A DNA stretch of 64,000 nt from Candidatus Cloacimonadales bacterium (GCA_963662655.2 CAXXTU010000002.1:3424001-3488000), one strand, 5' to 3'; shown: positions 19,325 to 31,700, counted from the stretch's first letter. Notes: generated from the letters alone by a model not told the origin. A program made the numbers and translations.

Positions 19325-21076
19325 ATGCGGTATTTATACATGTTGCTGGTGGCTGTGATGATGATTCTAGGGCTATTCGGATGCTATGTGAAGCCCGATG
19401 GCGTTGTTGGTAAGATCAATGGTACGGAGATAACCGAAGAGCAGTACATGAGCGCTGTTCGCAGAGAATATGAAAATTACAAGCTCAAAAACAACCGCTC
19501 TCCAGTCGGCGAACAGCTCAGCCAAATCTATGACGACGCGTGGGATAACCTTGAACAGGGTATTATTCTCGAGTCCTTGTTCCGTGAGTTCGGGATTGTT
19601 ACCACCCGGGAAGAAGTGATGGACTCGCTGAGAAACAACCCCCCCGCGTTCATCAAGGAATCGGAAGTTTTCAAAAGCGAAAAAGGCTTCGATTACGAGA
19701 ACTACACGGCATCCCTGGAGACAGGGGAACCGGTGAATCTCGACTGGCTGAAGCTCCGCTACTTCAATGCATATATTCCTTATAGAAAGCTTCAGAGCAA
19801 GATTCTCCAGAATATCCCCGTGAGCGAGGAAGAAATCCGAAAAGAATATCAGATACGCAATGGAAGCGCCAGCGTGGATATCGTGAATTTCAAACCGGAG
19901 GATTTTGCCCGGCAGGTCGTTTCCCAACCGGAAATTGCATCGTACTACGAGGCGCACCGCGATTCGTTCCTGGTATCGGAATCCTGCACGCTCGATTTCG
20001 TCTACTTCCCGCTGGTTCCTTCCAGGAAAGACTCGTTGGCGGCTAAGACGCTGATCGACTCTCTATATAATGAATTGGAGAAAGGAAGTCCCTTCACCGC
20101 ACTCGTGAATAAATTCTCCGATGCAGAATCGTCTTTGAACAATGGCGACATCGGTTTCGTGGATATCGACAAACTCCCGAGAAAGATTCGTAAACAACTC
20201 AAGAGCGGTAACTACCAAAAAAGTACCGAGCCGTTTTATCACGACGGCGTATGGAAGATATACAATCCGGTTGCCAAGACAAAATCGATGGTGAAGCTTC
20301 AGGAGATTGCCATCGCTGCCCACGTGTCAAAGGCAACTCGCGATGCGCTGTATCAAAAGGTCACCGATTTCCGCGAACTCGCTCTGCAGATAACGCTCCA
20401 AAGGGCCGCGCGAGAATATGGCATGACAAGCCAGCGGTTGAACGACCTTTCCTTCGAGAGAAGTTACCACGAAGAACTTGGCTCCCTGGATCCAATCATC
20501 CAGCAGGCCATCCGGGCAGACCAGGATACTATCTTTCCACCGCGGTTCAACAAGCGAATGGAGAGCTACGTCCTCTTTCAGGTGATCGATTCGAAAACGC
20601 GGAGCGTTAAGCCACTGGTCGAGGTATCGGAAGACATCTTCGAAATCCTCCTCAAGCAGAAGCAGCTCGATGCAGCGAGACATGAAGCAGATATCTACGT
20701 GAAGGAGTACAACGATAAGGAAGCGCTCGCCAAGGCGGCGATCTATGGCTATAGCCGACTGTCGTTCGACCGGTTCACCTACCTGACGGATGTCGATGGG
20801 GCCTGGAGCGAGGAGCTGAACAGAACCATACTCGAATCCGAGAAGCCGGGAAAGATCAAGCATGCCATCCATACGAAAGACGGAAGTTACGTTGCGGTCG
20901 TGAAGAGCATCCAACCCGCTCCGCCCTACGGATATGAATCCCAGAAGCAGTTCATGAAGGAAGACATCGTGCTGCGAAAACGCGATGCCTATTTCCAGGA
21001 ATGGCTCGACGGAAGAATGGAGCAAGCGGATGTCAAGGACTGGCATAAGGACTATATTAAGCTGGATAATAAATAG
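19325..21076 (+). CDS. Second PpiD/SurA-like chaperone, probable lipoprotein
   Basis: Lipobox LGLFGC; VGKINGTEIT; SLRNNPP; degenerate parvulin segment KFSDAESSLNNGDIGFV; paralogous layout to the upstream gene. Confidence 0.72.
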   Translation: MRYLYMLLVAVMMILGLFGCYVKPDGVVGKINGTEITEEQYMSAVRREYENYKLKNNRSPVGEQLSQIYDDAWDNLEQGIILESLFREFGIVTTREEVMDSLRNNPPAFIKESEVFKSEKGFDYENYTASLETGEPVNLDWLKLRYFNAYIPYRKLQSKILQNIPVSEEEIRKEYQIRNGSASVDIVNFKPEDFARQVVSQPEIASYYEAHRDSFLVSESCTLDFVYFPLVPSRKDSLAAKTLIDSLYNELEKGSPFTALVNKFSDAESSLNNGDIGFVDIDKLPRKIRKQLKSGNYQKSTEPFYHDGVWKIYNPVAKTKSMVKLQEIAIAAHVSKATRDALYQKVTDFRELALQITLQRAAREYGMTSQRLNDLSFERSYHEELGSLDPIIQQAIRADQDTIFPPRFNKRMESYVLFQVIDSKTRSVKPLVEVSEDIFEILLKQKQLDAARHEADIYVKEYNDKEALAKAAIYGYSRLSFDRFTYLTDVDGAWSEELNRTILESEKPGKIKHAIHTKDGSYVAVVKSIQPAPPYGYESQKQFMKEDIVLRKRDAYFQEWLDGRMEQADVKDWHKDYIKLDNK

Positions 21077-21092
21077 TAGAGTGACTTTTTTT

Positions 21093-21137
21093 GCAACTCG
21101 AGGGCATCGTTTTGATATGGCGCCCTCGTTTGCTTTC
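21093..21137 (+). terminator. Terminator-like hairpin before the tuf region
   Basis: CGAGGGC...GCCCTCG stem followed by TTTGCTTT. Confidence 0.45.
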
Positions 21138-21463
21138 AGCAGGTGATTTACCATTATAGAGGCATCGGTTGTTTCCATTCTTCGATTTTTTTTCGACCAT
21201 GCATACTTTTTTCACATTCGGGAGTCATACGACGGAACCGTTTGTAGCGTAAGGATTCGGTGAGAAATAGGGCATCCTTGAGTCTGCTGCGCTCAAGGTT
21301 AAGTGCTTGTTTTTGAAAAAAATAGCGGAAATAGAAAAAAACAATTGACATATAATCCCTGAGGGAGATTTTCAGCGCTCACAGGTAAATTCAAAAAGAA
21401 TCTACCGAAGGGAAATTCTGCATAAAGTGCAGAGTTATCGATCATTAGAGCCAAGGAGGAATC

Positions 21464-22648
<1,185 letters not shown>

Positions 22649-22661
22649 TTCTGGAGGAAAT

Positions 22662-22979
22662 GTGGGTAATAAGACTGAAAATAGAATACGGATCAAACTC
22701 AAAGCATACGATTATCGCCTGCTTGACAAGTCCGTTGCTGAAATTATAAAAAGCACACGCAATACCGGTGCGAAAATCATGGGGCCGATTCCGCTACCTA
22801 CGGAACGTACATTATATACGGTGCATCGCTCTCCCCATGTTGACAAGAAATCAGAAGACCAGTTCGAGATGCTGGTTCACAAACGTTTGGTCGACATCGT
22901 GAATCCCACTCCGCAGACAACAGGCGCGCTGAAGAAGCTCAGCCTTCCTGCAGGCGTTCACGTGGAGATCAAGGCTTAA
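22662..22979 (+). CDS. rpsJ: 30S ribosomal protein S10
   Basis: [10 protein letters not shown]...GPIPLPT...[12 protein letters not shown] start behind GGAGG. Confidence 0.97.
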   Translation: MGNKTENRIRIKLKAYDYRLLDKSVAEIIKSTRNTGAKIMGPIPLPTERTLYTVHRSPHVDKKSEDQFEMLVHKRLVDIVNPTPQTTGALKKLSLPAGVHVEIKA

Positions 22980-22989
22980 GGGGTGAATC

Positions 22990-23613
22990 ATGATCGGACT
23001 CATTGGTAAAAAAGTTGGTATGACTCAGGTCTTCGACGAATCCGGAAAGGTAACCCCGGTTACCGTCATCCAGGCCGGTCCCTGCCAAGTTGTGCAGAAA
23101 AAGACCGTGGACAAGGACGGCTACGATGCCGTTCAGCTCGGGTATGAAAAAGTCGAAGAGAAGAGAATCAATAAACCTCAAAAAAATCATTTCAAGAAGC
23201 ACAATAGCCCAGCTTATCGCATTCTTCGCGAGTTTCGTCTGAAGCTTTACAAAGACATCAGAGAAGGCGAGGTTTTCGATGTGAGCATGTTCCAGGAAAA
23301 CGAACTTCTTACCGTTCAGGGAACGTCGAAGGGCCGTGGATTCTCCGGTGTGATGAAACGCCACAATTTCCACGGATTCAAGGCAACCCACGGTGTTCAC
23401 GAATCGTACCGCGGTCCTGGTTCAATTGGTCAGTGCGCTACGCCATCACGCGTATTCAAAGGTCGCAAGATGGCTGGCCACCACGGCGTCGATACCGTTT
23501 CCGTCAAGAACCTGAAAGTGGTCAAGGTAATCCCCGAGCAGAATCTTCTTTTCGTTCAGGGCGCAGTACCGGGTCACAAAGACAGTATCGTGCTTCTTAA
23601 GAAGGAACTGTAG
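22990..23613 (+). CDS. rplC: 50S ribosomal protein L3
   Basis: GLIGKKVGMTQVF, SKGRGFSGVMKRHNF; operon order. Confidence 0.98.
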   Translation: MIGLIGKKVGMTQVFDESGKVTPVTVIQAGPCQVVQKKTVDKDGYDAVQLGYEKVEEKRINKPQKNHFKKHNSPAYRILREFRLKLYKDIREGEVFDVSMFQENELLTVQGTSKGRGFSGVMKRHNFHGFKATHGVHESYRGPGSIGQCATPSRVFKGRKMAGHHGVDTVSVKNLKVVKVIPEQNLLFVQGAVPGHKDSIVLLKKEL

Positions 23614-23648
23614 CCCGCTGGGTTACGAGAAATCATGAGGTAACAGTA

Positions 23649-24284
23649 ATGATAGAAGCAAAAAAATATTCAGCAACAGGGGAACAGACAGGAACCGTCG
23701 AGTTGCCGGAATCCTTATTTGCTGTCGAAGCCGATAATCCTGAAGCTGTCGTCTATGAAGTCGTGAAGATGTACATGGCGAACCAGCGTCAGGGAACCTC
23801 TGCGGTGAAGTTCCGCGCCGATGTCAAGGGCAGCGGTCGCAAGCTTTACCGTCAGAAAGGTACCGGTAACGCACGCGTAGGTAACCGCAGAACCGTCGTT
23901 CGCGTCGGTGGCGGTAACGCATTCGGCCCGATTCCGAAAGACTGGTCTCGTCACATCCCTATCAAGAAAAAACGTCTCGCTCTCAAGATCGCCCTGAGCG
24001 ACCTCGCAAAGAGCGGTAACGTTGTGGTTATCGACGATCTCAAATTTGAGACACCAAATTACAAGGCTGCTCGCCAGATTATCGACAAGGTTCTTCCCAA
24101 CAGCGGAAAGAAGCTTGTGCTGGTCGACAACAGCGACGCCAGCACCATCCGCTCGTTCTCGAACATGACAGACGTTCAGCTCGACCGCGCGGACGGCGTG
24201 TACGCTTACGAAGTGCTGCACTGCGAACACCTCGTTCTCACTTCCGATGCGTTGAAAAAAGTCGTGGAGGTATTCGGAAAATGA
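23649..24284 (+). CDS. rplD: 50S ribosomal protein L4
   Basis: RQGT, RQKGTGNAR, GGGNAFGP; operon order. Confidence 0.97.
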   Translation: MIEAKKYSATGEQTGTVELPESLFAVEADNPEAVVYEVVKMYMANQRQGTSAVKFRADVKGSGRKLYRQKGTGNARVGNRRTVVRVGGGNAFGPIPKDWSRHIPIKKKRLALKIALSDLAKSGNVVVIDDLKFETPNYKAARQIIDKVLPNSGKKLVLVDNSDASTIRSFSNMTDVQLDRADGVYAYEVLHCEHLVLTSDALKKVVEVFGK

Positions 24285-24568
24285 AACACGAACGCGAAAT
24301 CATCATTTCCCCGATCCTCACAGAGAAAAGCTCGGCCCTGAAGGCAAAGCAGAACTGCTACACCTTCCGCGTGAGCATCAATGCGAACAAGATCGAGATC
24401 AAGCAGGCAATAGAGAAAGTCTTTTCCGTTAAAGTCGACTGTGTTAACACCATCCGCATGCGTGGAAAGATGCGTCGTGTACGTCGCGAACTTGGTAAAC
24501 GTCCGGACTGGAAAAAGGCGATTGTTACACTCGAGCAGGGACAAAGCATCCCGCAGCTTGAGCTATGA
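24281..24568 (+). CDS. rplW: 50S ribosomal protein L23
   Basis: PILTEKS, ANKIEIKQAIE, WKKAIVTL. Confidence 0.97.
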   Translation: MKHEREIIISPILTEKSSALKAKQNCYTFRVSINANKIEIKQAIEKVFSVKVDCVNTIRMRGKMRRVRRELGKRPDWKKAIVTLEQGQSIPQLEL

Positions 24569-24583
24569 TAAGGGAGACAGACA

Positions 24584-25411
24584 ATGGCTATCAAAAAGTA
24601 TAAACCGATCACACCGACACAGCGATTTAAAACCGGTTATACCTTTGAGGAAATCACTACCTCCACGCCGGAAAAAACACTGATCAGACCGATGCCGAAA
24701 AAGGCAGGACGCAACAATCAGGGTCGCATCACTTGCCGGCACCGCGGTGGTGGTCATAAAAGACACTATCGTATCATCGATTTCAAGAGAAACAAAAACG
24801 ACATCCGTGCAAAAGTCGCGACGATCGAATACGATCCGAACCGTAGCGCGCGTATCGCCCTGCTTCACTATGAAGACGGCGAGAAGCGTTACATCCTTGC
24901 ACCGGTCGGCTTGAACGTTGGTGATTACGTGATATCAGGCGAAAACGTACCGATCAGAACCGGAAACGCGATGCCGCTGGCAAAGATTCCTCTTGGAACG
25001 ATCGTACACAACATCGAGTTCAAGGCTGGCCGTGGCGGTCAGATCGCTCGCAGCGCCGGATCAAGCGCACAGGTAATCGCGAAGGAAGGCGGCTACGTTC
25101 ACGTACGTATTCCTTCCAACGACGTGTACCTTCTTCGCGCCGAGTGCTTCGCAACCATCGGACAGGTTGGTAACCTCGAACACAACCTCATCTCGCTCGG
25201 TAAAGCTGGAAGAAAGCGCTGGATGGGTATCCGTCCTACCGTTCGCGGTGTCGTTATGAACCCTGTCGATCACCCGATGGGTGGTGGTGAAGGTAGAACT
25301 TCCGGCGGCGGTCATCCAGTATCACCTTGGGGCGTACTTGCCAAGGGTGGAAAGACTCGTAAGCGGAAGAAATATTCAGATAAATACATTATCAAGTCGT
25401 CCAAGAAATAG
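24584..25411 (+). CDS. rplB: 50S ribosomal protein L2
   Basis: [31 protein letters not shown]. Confidence 0.99.
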   Translation: MAIKKYKPITPTQRFKTGYTFEEITTSTPEKTLIRPMPKKAGRNNQGRITCRHRGGGHKRHYRIIDFKRNKNDIRAKVATIEYDPNRSARIALLHYEDGEKRYILAPVGLNVGDYVISGENVPIRTGNAMPLAKIPLGTIVHNIEFKAGRGGQIARSAGSSAQVIAKEGGYVHVRIPSNDVYLLRAECFATIGQVGNLEHNLISLGKAGRKRWMGIRPTVRGVVMNPVDHPMGGGEGRTSGGGHPVSPWGVLAKGGKTRKRKKYSDKYIIKSSKK

Positions 25412-25423
25412 GAGTACGGATAT

Positions 25424-25699
25424 ATGGCTCGTTCGATCAAGAAAGGACCGTTTGTTGATGATCATTTACTGGTAAAAGTTGAGAAACTAAATGAAGCCGA
25501 TAAAAAGCAGGTTATTAAAACCTGGTCGAGACGCTCGATGATACTTCCTGATTTTATCGGACACACTTTTGCCGTTCACAACGGTCGGAAATTTGTGCCG
25601 GTTTACGTAACCGAAAACATGGTTGGCCATAAGCTTGGTGAGTTCTCACCGACAAGGACCTACCGTGGGCACAAAGAGAAGAAGAAAAAAGGCAAATAA
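25424..25699 (+). CDS. rpsS: 30S ribosomal protein S19
   Basis: [30 protein letters not shown]. Confidence 0.98.
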   Translation: MARSIKKGPFVDDHLLVKVEKLNEADKKQVIKTWSRRSMILPDFIGHTFAVHNGRKFVPVYVTENMVGHKLGEFSPTRTYRGHKEKKKKGK

Positions 25700-25720
25700 T
25701 AGCAGCAAGGGGTAAATGGA

Positions 25721-26059
25721 ATGGAAGCTTACGCAAGAATACGAAACTTACGGGGCTCAGCAAGAAAAGCTCGGCTGGTTCTCGATCTGATTCGCGGCAA
25801 GCGTGTTACGGAAGCCCAGACAATCCTGGCTTTTACACCGAAGCGGGTTGCTGCTAACATCCACAAGCTGCTCAACGCAGCTGTCGCTAACGCCGAGAAC
25901 AAAGAAGGTAAGGCCGAAATCGAGAAGATGCGCGTTCACGACGCATTCGCAGATGAAGGTCCCATTATGAAACGATATCGTTCGCGTGCTCATGGCAGAG
26001 CTACGATTATTCGCAGAAAATCCTGCCATATAACGCTCGGAATATCCGACGATGAATAG
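25721..26059 (+). CDS. rplV: 50S ribosomal protein L22
   Basis: SARKARLVLDLIRGK, DEGP..KR.R.RAHGRA. Confidence 0.97.
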   Translation: MEAYARIRNLRGSARKARLVLDLIRGKRVTEAQTILAFTPKRVAANIHKLLNAAVANAENKEGKAEIEKMRVHDAFADEGPIMKRYRSRAHGRATIIRRKSCHITLGISDDE

Positions 26060-26070
26060 GGAGGAATAAC

Positions 26071-26721
26071 TTGGGTCAGAAGATAAATCCGGTATTGTAC
26101 CGACTCGGTATAAATAAAGATTACGACTCCATCTGGTTTGCATCCGGAGCGGAATACGTCGATAATCTGATGGAAGACCTTAAGGTTAAGAAGTACGTCC
26201 AGCAGCGTCTGCATGGAGCGATGGTCTCCAAGGTCCGCATCATGCGCAAGGCGAGTTCGATCAACATTGATATACATACCTCACGCCCGGGTCAGGTCAT
26301 CGGTAAGAAAGGCGCCGAAATCGAAGCCCTTCGCAACGAATTGACCGTCCTCCTCAACAAGGAGAGAGAAGCCAAGCTGAGTGTGTTCATTAACATTCAC
26401 GAAATCAAGAAACCTTGGCTGGATGCCAAACTCGTAGGCATGGAAGTAGCGCGTCAGCTGCGCGAAAGAGTCTCTTTCCGCCGCGCGATGAAAATGGCCA
26501 TCCGCAATGCAAAACGCGATGGCGCTGAAGGCATAAAGATTCAGTGTTCCGGTCGTCTTGGCGGAGCCGACATGGCCCGTACAGAACGCTACCAGGAAGG
26601 CAGAACCCCCCTTCATACCCTCCGTGCGGATATCGACTATGCCGTTACCGAAAGCCAGACAACCTATGGCGTGATCGGCATCAAGGTGTGGATCAACAAA
26701 GGGGAGATCCTGGACAGATAA
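26071..26721 (+). CDS. rpsC: 30S ribosomal protein S3
   Basis: MGQKINP, RPGQVIGKKG, SGRLGGA, PLHTLRADIDY; TTG start. Confidence 0.98.
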   Translation: MGQKINPVLYRLGINKDYDSIWFASGAEYVDNLMEDLKVKKYVQQRLHGAMVSKVRIMRKASSINIDIHTSRPGQVIGKKGAEIEALRNELTVLLNKEREAKLSVFINIHEIKKPWLDAKLVGMEVARQLRERVSFRRAMKMAIRNAKRDGAEGIKIQCSGRLGGADMARTERYQEGRTPLHTLRADIDYAVTESQTTYGVIGIKVWINKGEILDR

Positions 26722-26748
26722 CCTCTGGCAGGACAAAGGAGTTAGGTA

Positions 26749-27168
26749 ATGTTAGCACCGAAGAAAGTAAAATATAGAAAAAAAATGCGCGGTCGCCGCA
26801 CCGGTCTCGCATGGCGGGGCTGCAACGTTGATTTCGGTGATTACGGAATCATCGCACTCGAAGACGGCTGGCTCAACAGCCGCCAGATCGAGGCTGCTCG
26901 TGTAGCGATCACCCGTAAGATGCAGCGTAAAGGTAAAGTCTGGATCCGTATATTCCCGGACAAGCCCGTGACGCAGAAACCCGCTGAAACCCGTATGGGT
27001 AAAGGTAAAGGCGCTCCCGAGTATTGGGTAGCGGTCATAAAACCGGGAAGAGTGCTCTTCGAGATCGAGGGTGTCGATACCCAGCTCGCGAAAGACGCAT
27101 TCCGTCTGGCAATGCACAAGCTGCCGATCAAGACCAAGGTCGTGGCGAGAGAAGGAGTTGAGATATGA
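26749..27168 (+). CDS. rplP: 50S ribosomal protein L16
   Basis: QIEAAR, IRIFPD, RMGKGKG. Confidence 0.98.
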   Translation: MLAPKKVKYRKKMRGRRTGLAWRGCNVDFGDYGIIALEDGWLNSRQIEAARVAITRKMQRKGKVWIRIFPDKPVTQKPAETRMGKGKGAPEYWVAVIKPGRVLFEIEGVDTQLAKDAFRLAMHKLPIKTKVVAREGVEI

Positions 27169-27359
27169 AGATGGCGGAACTTCGTGATTTCAGCAATGAA
27201 GAATTGATTCAGAAGCTCGAAGACCTTCGGGAAGAGTATTTCAAACTTAGATTTCAGAAGGCGATGAACCGTCTCGAGAATCCGCTTCGCATGAAGGTGG
27301 TTCGCAAAGACATCGCCAGAATCAAAACACTGCAGACCGAAAGAGCGGAAAAGAGGTAA
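27165..27359 (+). CDS. rpmC: 50S ribosomal protein L29
   Basis: ELR...LRFQ...[10 protein letters not shown]; operon order. Confidence 0.96.
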   Translation: MKMAELRDFSNEELIQKLEDLREEYFKLRFQKAMNRLENPLRMKVVRKDIARIKTLQTERAEKR

Positions 27360-27361
27360 TA

Positions 27362-27616
27362 ATGGCAACAGGACGCAAGGTTACCAAGGTCGGTGTTGTC
27401 GTTAGCGACAAGATGGACAAAACGATCGTTGTCCGGGTGAAACGTCAGTTTATGCACCCGCTTTATAAGAAGTTCGTGCGCTTGGACAAGAAGTTCAAGG
27501 CTCATGATGAAAAGAACGACTGCCATATTGGCGATACGGTCGAGATTCAGGAATGCCGTCCCCTAAGCAAGCAGAAGCGCTGGGAGCTTTCCAAGATTAT
27601 CGAAAGAAGTAAATAA
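27362..27616 (+). CDS. rpsQ: 30S ribosomal protein S17
   Basis: [27 protein letters not shown]. Confidence 0.98.
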   Translation: MATGRKVTKVGVVVSDKMDKTIVVRVKRQFMHPLYKKFVRLDKKFKAHDEKNDCHIGDTVEIQECRPLSKQKRWELSKIIERSK

Positions 27617-27627
27617 GGAGCATACAG

Positions 27628-27996
27628 ATGATACAGGCCCAGACAATATTGAACGTCGCCGACAACTCCGGGGCGAAAAAGGCAATGTGCATCAAAGTCC
27701 TTGGTGGAACGCGCCGTAAGTATGCAACGGTAGGCGATATTATCATTGTTGCGATCAAATCCGCTACCCCCACCGGCAAGGTGAAAAAGGGAACCGTAGA
27801 ACAGGCAGTGATCGTACGGACAGCCAAAGAAGTACGTCGCCCGGATGGATCCTATATCCGTTTCCAGGACAACGCGGCAGTGATCATCGATGATCGCGGT
27901 GAACCGAAAGCAACCCGTATCTTCGGCCCGGTGGCCAGAGAACTCAGGGAAAAGCACTTCACCAAGATTATTTCGCTGGCTCCAGAAGTGCTGTAG
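27628..27996 (+). CDS. rplN: 50S ribosomal protein L14
   Basis: [25 protein letters not shown]. Confidence 0.98.
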   Translation: MIQAQTILNVADNSGAKKAMCIKVLGGTRRKYATVGDIIIVAIKSATPTGKVKKGTVEQAVIVRTAKEVRRPDGSYIRFQDNAAVIIDDRGEPKATRIFGPVARELREKHFTKIISLAPEVL

Positions 27997-28005
27997 GAGA
28001 ATGTA

Positions 28006-28323
28006 ATGGAAAAGATGAGAATCAAAAAAGGGGACACGGTTGTCGTAATCACCGGTAAATATAAAGGCGTTAAGGGTAGAGTTCTGAAGGCTTTCCCGCA
28101 GACGCAACGCGTTGTGGTGGAAAAAGTGAATTTCATCAAGAAGCATATCCGGCCCAATCAACAGAATCCCCAGGGTGGAATTGTTACCAAGGAAGCCCCG
28201 ATTCACGTTTCAAACGTTAAATTGATCAACGAAAAAACCGGTGAAGTCACCCGCGCGGTATTCCGCAAGGGAACCGACGGCAAACGTATCCGCGTGTGCA
28301 AGAAAACCGGCGATGAGATTTAA
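28006..28323 (+). CDS. rplX: 50S ribosomal protein L24
   Basis: IKKGDTVVVITGK, EAPIHVSNV. Confidence 0.97.
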   Translation: MEKMRIKKGDTVVVITGKYKGVKGRVLKAFPQTQRVVVEKVNFIKKHIRPNQQNPQGGIVTKEAPIHVSNVKLINEKTGEVTRAVFRKGTDGKRIRVCKKTGDEI

Positions 28324-28333
28324 GGAGTGAGGA

Positions 28334-28876
28334 ATGAACCGGGTCAAAGATAGGTATCAGAAGGAAATCGTTCCTGCACTGATGAAACACTTTGAATATG
28401 CGAATATAAACCAGGTACCGAAGCTGGAAAAGATTATTGTAAGCATGGGTGTCGGCGAAGCGATCCAGAACAAAGCCGTTCTCGACTTTGCAGTCAAGGA
28501 TATGACGCAGGTCACCGGACGCAAGCCCATCATCACCAAGGCAAGCAAATCGATCTCGAACTTCAAGCTTCGCCAGGGAATGCCTATTGGATGCATGGTC
28601 ACCCTTCGCGGTGAAGTCATGTACGAATTCCTCGATCGTCTGATCACCATCGTGATTCCTCGTATCCGTGACTTCCACGGAACGTCTAGGAACTCGTTCG
28701 ACGGTCGCGGCAACTACTCCATGGGTATCAAAGAACAGACCGTTTTTCCCGAAATCGATTACGATAAGGTTGACAAGATTCGTGGAATGAATATCAACAT
28801 CGTTTCTTCGGCGAAAACCGACGAAGAAGGATTCGAGCTGCTCCGACAGCTTGGAATGCCCTTCCGTAAGAAATAA
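28334..28876 (+). CDS. rplE: 50S ribosomal protein L5
   Basis: VPKLEKI, FKLRQG, PRIRDF, FDGRGNY, FPEIDYD. Confidence 0.98.
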   Translation: MNRVKDRYQKEIVPALMKHFEYANINQVPKLEKIIVSMGVGEAIQNKAVLDFAVKDMTQVTGRKPIITKASKSISNFKLRQGMPIGCMVTLRGEVMYEFLDRLITIVIPRIRDFHGTSRNSFDGRGNYSMGIKEQTVFPEIDYDKVDKIRGMNINIVSSAKTDEEGFELLRQLGMPFRKK

Positions 28877-28905
28877 GTCATCTGTAAATAGAAGGATGGA
28901 ATTAA

Positions 28906-29091
28906 ATGGCTAAGAAATCACTTAGAGTTAAACAACAGCGCGAACCCAAGTTCAAAGTACGCAAGTATAATCGCTGCAAACTCTGCGGAAGATCTCGGGC
29001 TTATATCCGGCGTTTCGGCGTTTGCCGCCTTTGCTTCCGGAAACTTGTTTCCGAGGGACAGATCCCCGGAGTGAAGAGATCGAGCTGGTAG
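28906..29091 (+). CDS. rpsN: 30S ribosomal protein S14, short zinc-binding type
   Basis: 61 aa, RCKLCGR...CRLCFR, ends SW. Confidence 0.97.
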   Translation: MAKKSLRVKQQREPKFKVRKYNRCKLCGRSRAYIRRFGVCRLCFRKLVSEGQIPGVKRSSW

Positions 29092-29100
29092 GAGGAACAA

Positions 29101-29514
29101 ATGAGCGTTACCGATCCGATTGCAGATGCATTAACGAAAATCAGAAACGCGTACCGTGCGAAGCACATGACGGTTCGTGTCAATCATAGCAGTGTGGTTG
29201 AATCTATCGTTCGGATTCTCTCGGAAGAGAACTACCTGAACAACTACGATCTCATCGAAAGGGATCCGGTGAAGAAGATCAACCGTAAGCAGATATTCAT
29301 CAACTTGAGATATACCAACACCGGCGATGCGGTGATGCGCGGAATCGAGCGCGTCAGCCGTCCTGGACGTCGCGTATACTTGAAAGCCGATAAAGTTCCT
29401 TCGGTCTTCAACAACACGGGTTGCGCCATCATTTCTACCAATCGTGGCGTTTTCACCGATCGCGTTGCCAGACAGGAAATGCTCGGCGGCGAGTATATCT
29501 GTAAAGTCTGGTAG
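29101..29514 (+). CDS. rpsH: 30S ribosomal protein S8
   Basis: TDPIADALTKIRNA, RVSRPGRRVY, GGEYICKVW. Confidence 0.97.
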   Translation: MSVTDPIADALTKIRNAYRAKHMTVRVNHSSVVESIVRILSEENYLNNYDLIERDPVKKINRKQIFINLRYTNTGDAVMRGIERVSRPGRRVYLKADKVPSVFNNTGCAIISTNRGVFTDRVARQEMLGGEYICKVW

Positions 29515-29528
29515 AAGAGGAGAACGAG

Positions 29529-30104
29529 ATGTCAAGAGTAGGTAAGATACCCATTTCGATCCCCAATGGCGTAAAAATTGATATCAAAGACAACGTGATA
29601 CAGGTGAAGGGCGCGCTCGGCGAGCTGAGCTACAGCTTCCTCCCCGGAATCGTTGTTGAAGAAGTAGAAGGTAAGATTGTTGTAGGGCGTACGGACGACA
29701 CCGTGCCGCAGAGAGCGGCTCACGGCCTTGTACGGGCACTCGTAAGCAACATGATCACCGGCGTAAGCGAAGGGTTCGAGAAGGTTCTCCACCTGATCGG
29801 AACAGGCTACAACGCGGAAGTCGTGAACACGTGGCTCAAACTCACCGTTGGCTATTCGCACGACATCCTGATCGAAATCCCGGATTTCCTGACGGTGTCC
29901 GCCGAACCCGTTCCGCGTTCAAAAGGCTCACGTATCGCCGTGCAATCGATCATCAAGGTGAAGGGAATCAGCAAGGAAGACGTTGGCAAGTTCGCCGCGG
30001 AAATCCGTTCCTGCCGCCCGCCGATCAATTACAACACCGGTAAGGGCATCCGCTACGCCGACGAATTCGTCAAGATCAAACCCGGCAAATCAAGCGCCAA
30101 ATAA
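29529..30104 (+). CDS. rplF: 50S ribosomal protein L6
   Basis: [28 protein letters not shown]. Confidence 0.97.
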   Translation: MSRVGKIPISIPNGVKIDIKDNVIQVKGALGELSYSFLPGIVVEEVEGKIVVGRTDDTVPQRAAHGLVRALVSNMITGVSEGFEKVLHLIGTGYNAEVVNTWLKLTVGYSHDILIEIPDFLTVSAEPVPRSKGSRIAVQSIIKVKGISKEDVGKFAAEIRSCRPPINYNTGKGIRYADEFVKIKPGKSSAK

Positions 30105-30118
30105 CGGGAGCAATTGAC

Positions 30119-30535
30119 ATGGAAAAGAGTACAACATATAAGAAAACAAAGGCGAGAACCAGACGCCGTGTAGCGATTCGCAAGCACCTTTTCGGTTCCA
30201 GCGAACGTCCACGCCTTTCTGTGTTCCGCAGCTTGAATCACATCTATGCGCAGATCGTGGACGACGAGAGCGGTCGCACGCTCGTGTCCGTCTCCACCGT
30301 CACGAAGGATCTGCGAGCTGAAATCGCCGGGATCAAAGGCGATGCGCAGGATGACAAGAAGAAGACAAAACTCGGCAGGAAGGTCAAGCAGAGTTACCAG
30401 GTCGGAATGAAGCTTGGTGAGAAAGCCCTTGCCGCAGGAATAACCAAGATTGCGTTCGATCGTGGCGGATACAAATACCACGGTCGCGTCAAAGCCCTCG
30501 CAGATGGGGCACGCAAAGCCGGTTTAGAGTTTTAA
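30119..30535 (+). CDS. rplR: 50S ribosomal protein L18
   Basis: [36 protein letters not shown]. Confidence 0.97.
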   Translation: MEKSTTYKKTKARTRRRVAIRKHLFGSSERPRLSVFRSLNHIYAQIVDDESGRTLVSVSTVTKDLRAEIAGIKGDAQDDKKKTKLGRKVKQSYQVGMKLGEKALAAGITKIAFDRGGYKYHGRVKALADGARKAGLEF

Positions 30536-30545
30536 GGGAGGAACC

Positions 30546-31070
30546 TTGTTGCAGAAAAAGCAAATGACTCAGGAATACGAGATTGAAAAAATCATCGATA
30601 CAAACCGTGTCGCCAAGGTTGTAAAGGGCGGTAGAAACTTCAGTTTCAGCGCCACGGTCGTTGTAGGCGATCGCAATGGTAATGTTGGTGTGGGCTATGG
30701 AAAGGCCAACGAGATCGTGGATGCGATCCGCAAGGCAAAAGAAAAAGCCGGCAAGAGCATGTTTCGCGTTCCGATCGTTCGCGGCACCATTCCTCATGAG
30801 GTTCTGGCAAAGTTCAGCGCGAGCAAAGTCCTGATGAAACCCGCGTCCCCAGGTACCGGCGTTATCGCCGGCGGCCCGATGCGTGCCATCATGGAAGCTG
30901 CTGGAATTGAAAACATCTTGACCAAATCCATGGGCTCTAACACACCTGTTAACGTTGTTAAAGCAACCGTTCTTGGCCTGAAGAGCCTGCGTACCATTCA
31001 GGACGTCGCTCGTCTGCGCGGAAAGAAAGTTTCCGAGTTGACCGGACGGGAGGAAAAAAATGAAGCTTAA
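30546..31070 (+). CDS. rpsE: 30S ribosomal protein S5
   Basis: [27 protein letters not shown]; exact start uncertain (TTG). Confidence 0.96.
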   Translation: MLQKKQMTQEYEIEKIIDTNRVAKVVKGGRNFSFSATVVVGDRNGNVGVGYGKANEIVDAIRKAKEKAGKSMFRVPIVRGTIPHEVLAKFSASKVLMKPASPGTGVIAGGPMRAIMEAAGIENILTKSMGSNTPVNVVKATVLGLKSLRTIQDVARLRGKKVSELTGREEKNEA

Positions 31071-31245
31071 AGTTACGCAGACCGGGAGCATGATCGGTCA
31101 GAAAGAACCGATGAAGAGAACGCTGAAGGCGCTTGGCCTCGGCAGAATCTCTAAGACGCGGATTCACGAAGATAACGATGTCATTCGCGGGATGGTGAAT
31201 CGCGTATCCCATCTCGTGAAGGTTGAACCTGTAGAAGGAGAATAA
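31060..31245 (+). CDS. rpmD: 50S ribosomal protein L30
   Basis: LKVTQ.GS.IG, LKALGL, IRGMV..VSHLV. Confidence 0.95.
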   Translation: MKLKVTQTGSMIGQKEPMKRTLKALGLGRISKTRIHEDNDVIRGMVNRVSHLVKVEPVEGE

Positions 31246-31246
31246 G

Positions 31247-31699
31247 ATGTTACTTCATGAACTGAAACGTCCAAAAATCAAAAAGAATAAGAAAAGACTT
31301 GGTAAGGGTCAGGGAAGCGGTACCGGCGGAACGGCCGGGCGTGGCCACAAGGGCCAGAAATCACGCTCCGGCGGAAATGTTCCCGATTGGTTTGAAGGCG
31401 GTCAGATGCCCATTCAGCGTCGTCTGCCCAAACGCGGATTCAAGAACATTTTCAAGGTTTCCTATCGTATCGTGAACCTTGAGCAGTTGATGAATGTCGA
31501 TGTAAAAGAAATCGATGTAGCTCGAATGGAAGAGCTGGGAATCGTCAAAAAAGCTGGTAAATCAAATCCACGTCCCGTCAAGATTCTTGCAAACGGAAAA
31601 GAGAATTTCGACAAGACTATGACGATCCGCGCCCACGCATTTTCCGAAGCAGCGAAAACATTGATCGAGAAGAATGGCGGCAAGGCGGAGGTAATCTAA
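31247..31699 (+). CDS. rplO: 50S ribosomal protein L15
   Basis: GRGHKGQKSRSG, FEGGQMP..RRLPKRGF. Confidence 0.97.
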   Translation: MLLHELKRPKIKKNKKRLGKGQGSGTGGTAGRGHKGQKSRSGGNVPDWFEGGQMPIQRRLPKRGFKNIFKVSYRIVNLEQLMNVDVKEIDVARMEELGIVKKAGKSNPRPVKILANGKENFDKTMTIRAHAFSEAAKTLIEKNGGKAEVI

Positions 31700-31700
31700 G

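Noticed and set aside
21345..21356. TTGACATATAAT upstream of tuf
   Set aside because: Perfect -35 and -10 hexamers abut with no spacer, so they cannot act as one promoter; partner hexamers are not convincing.
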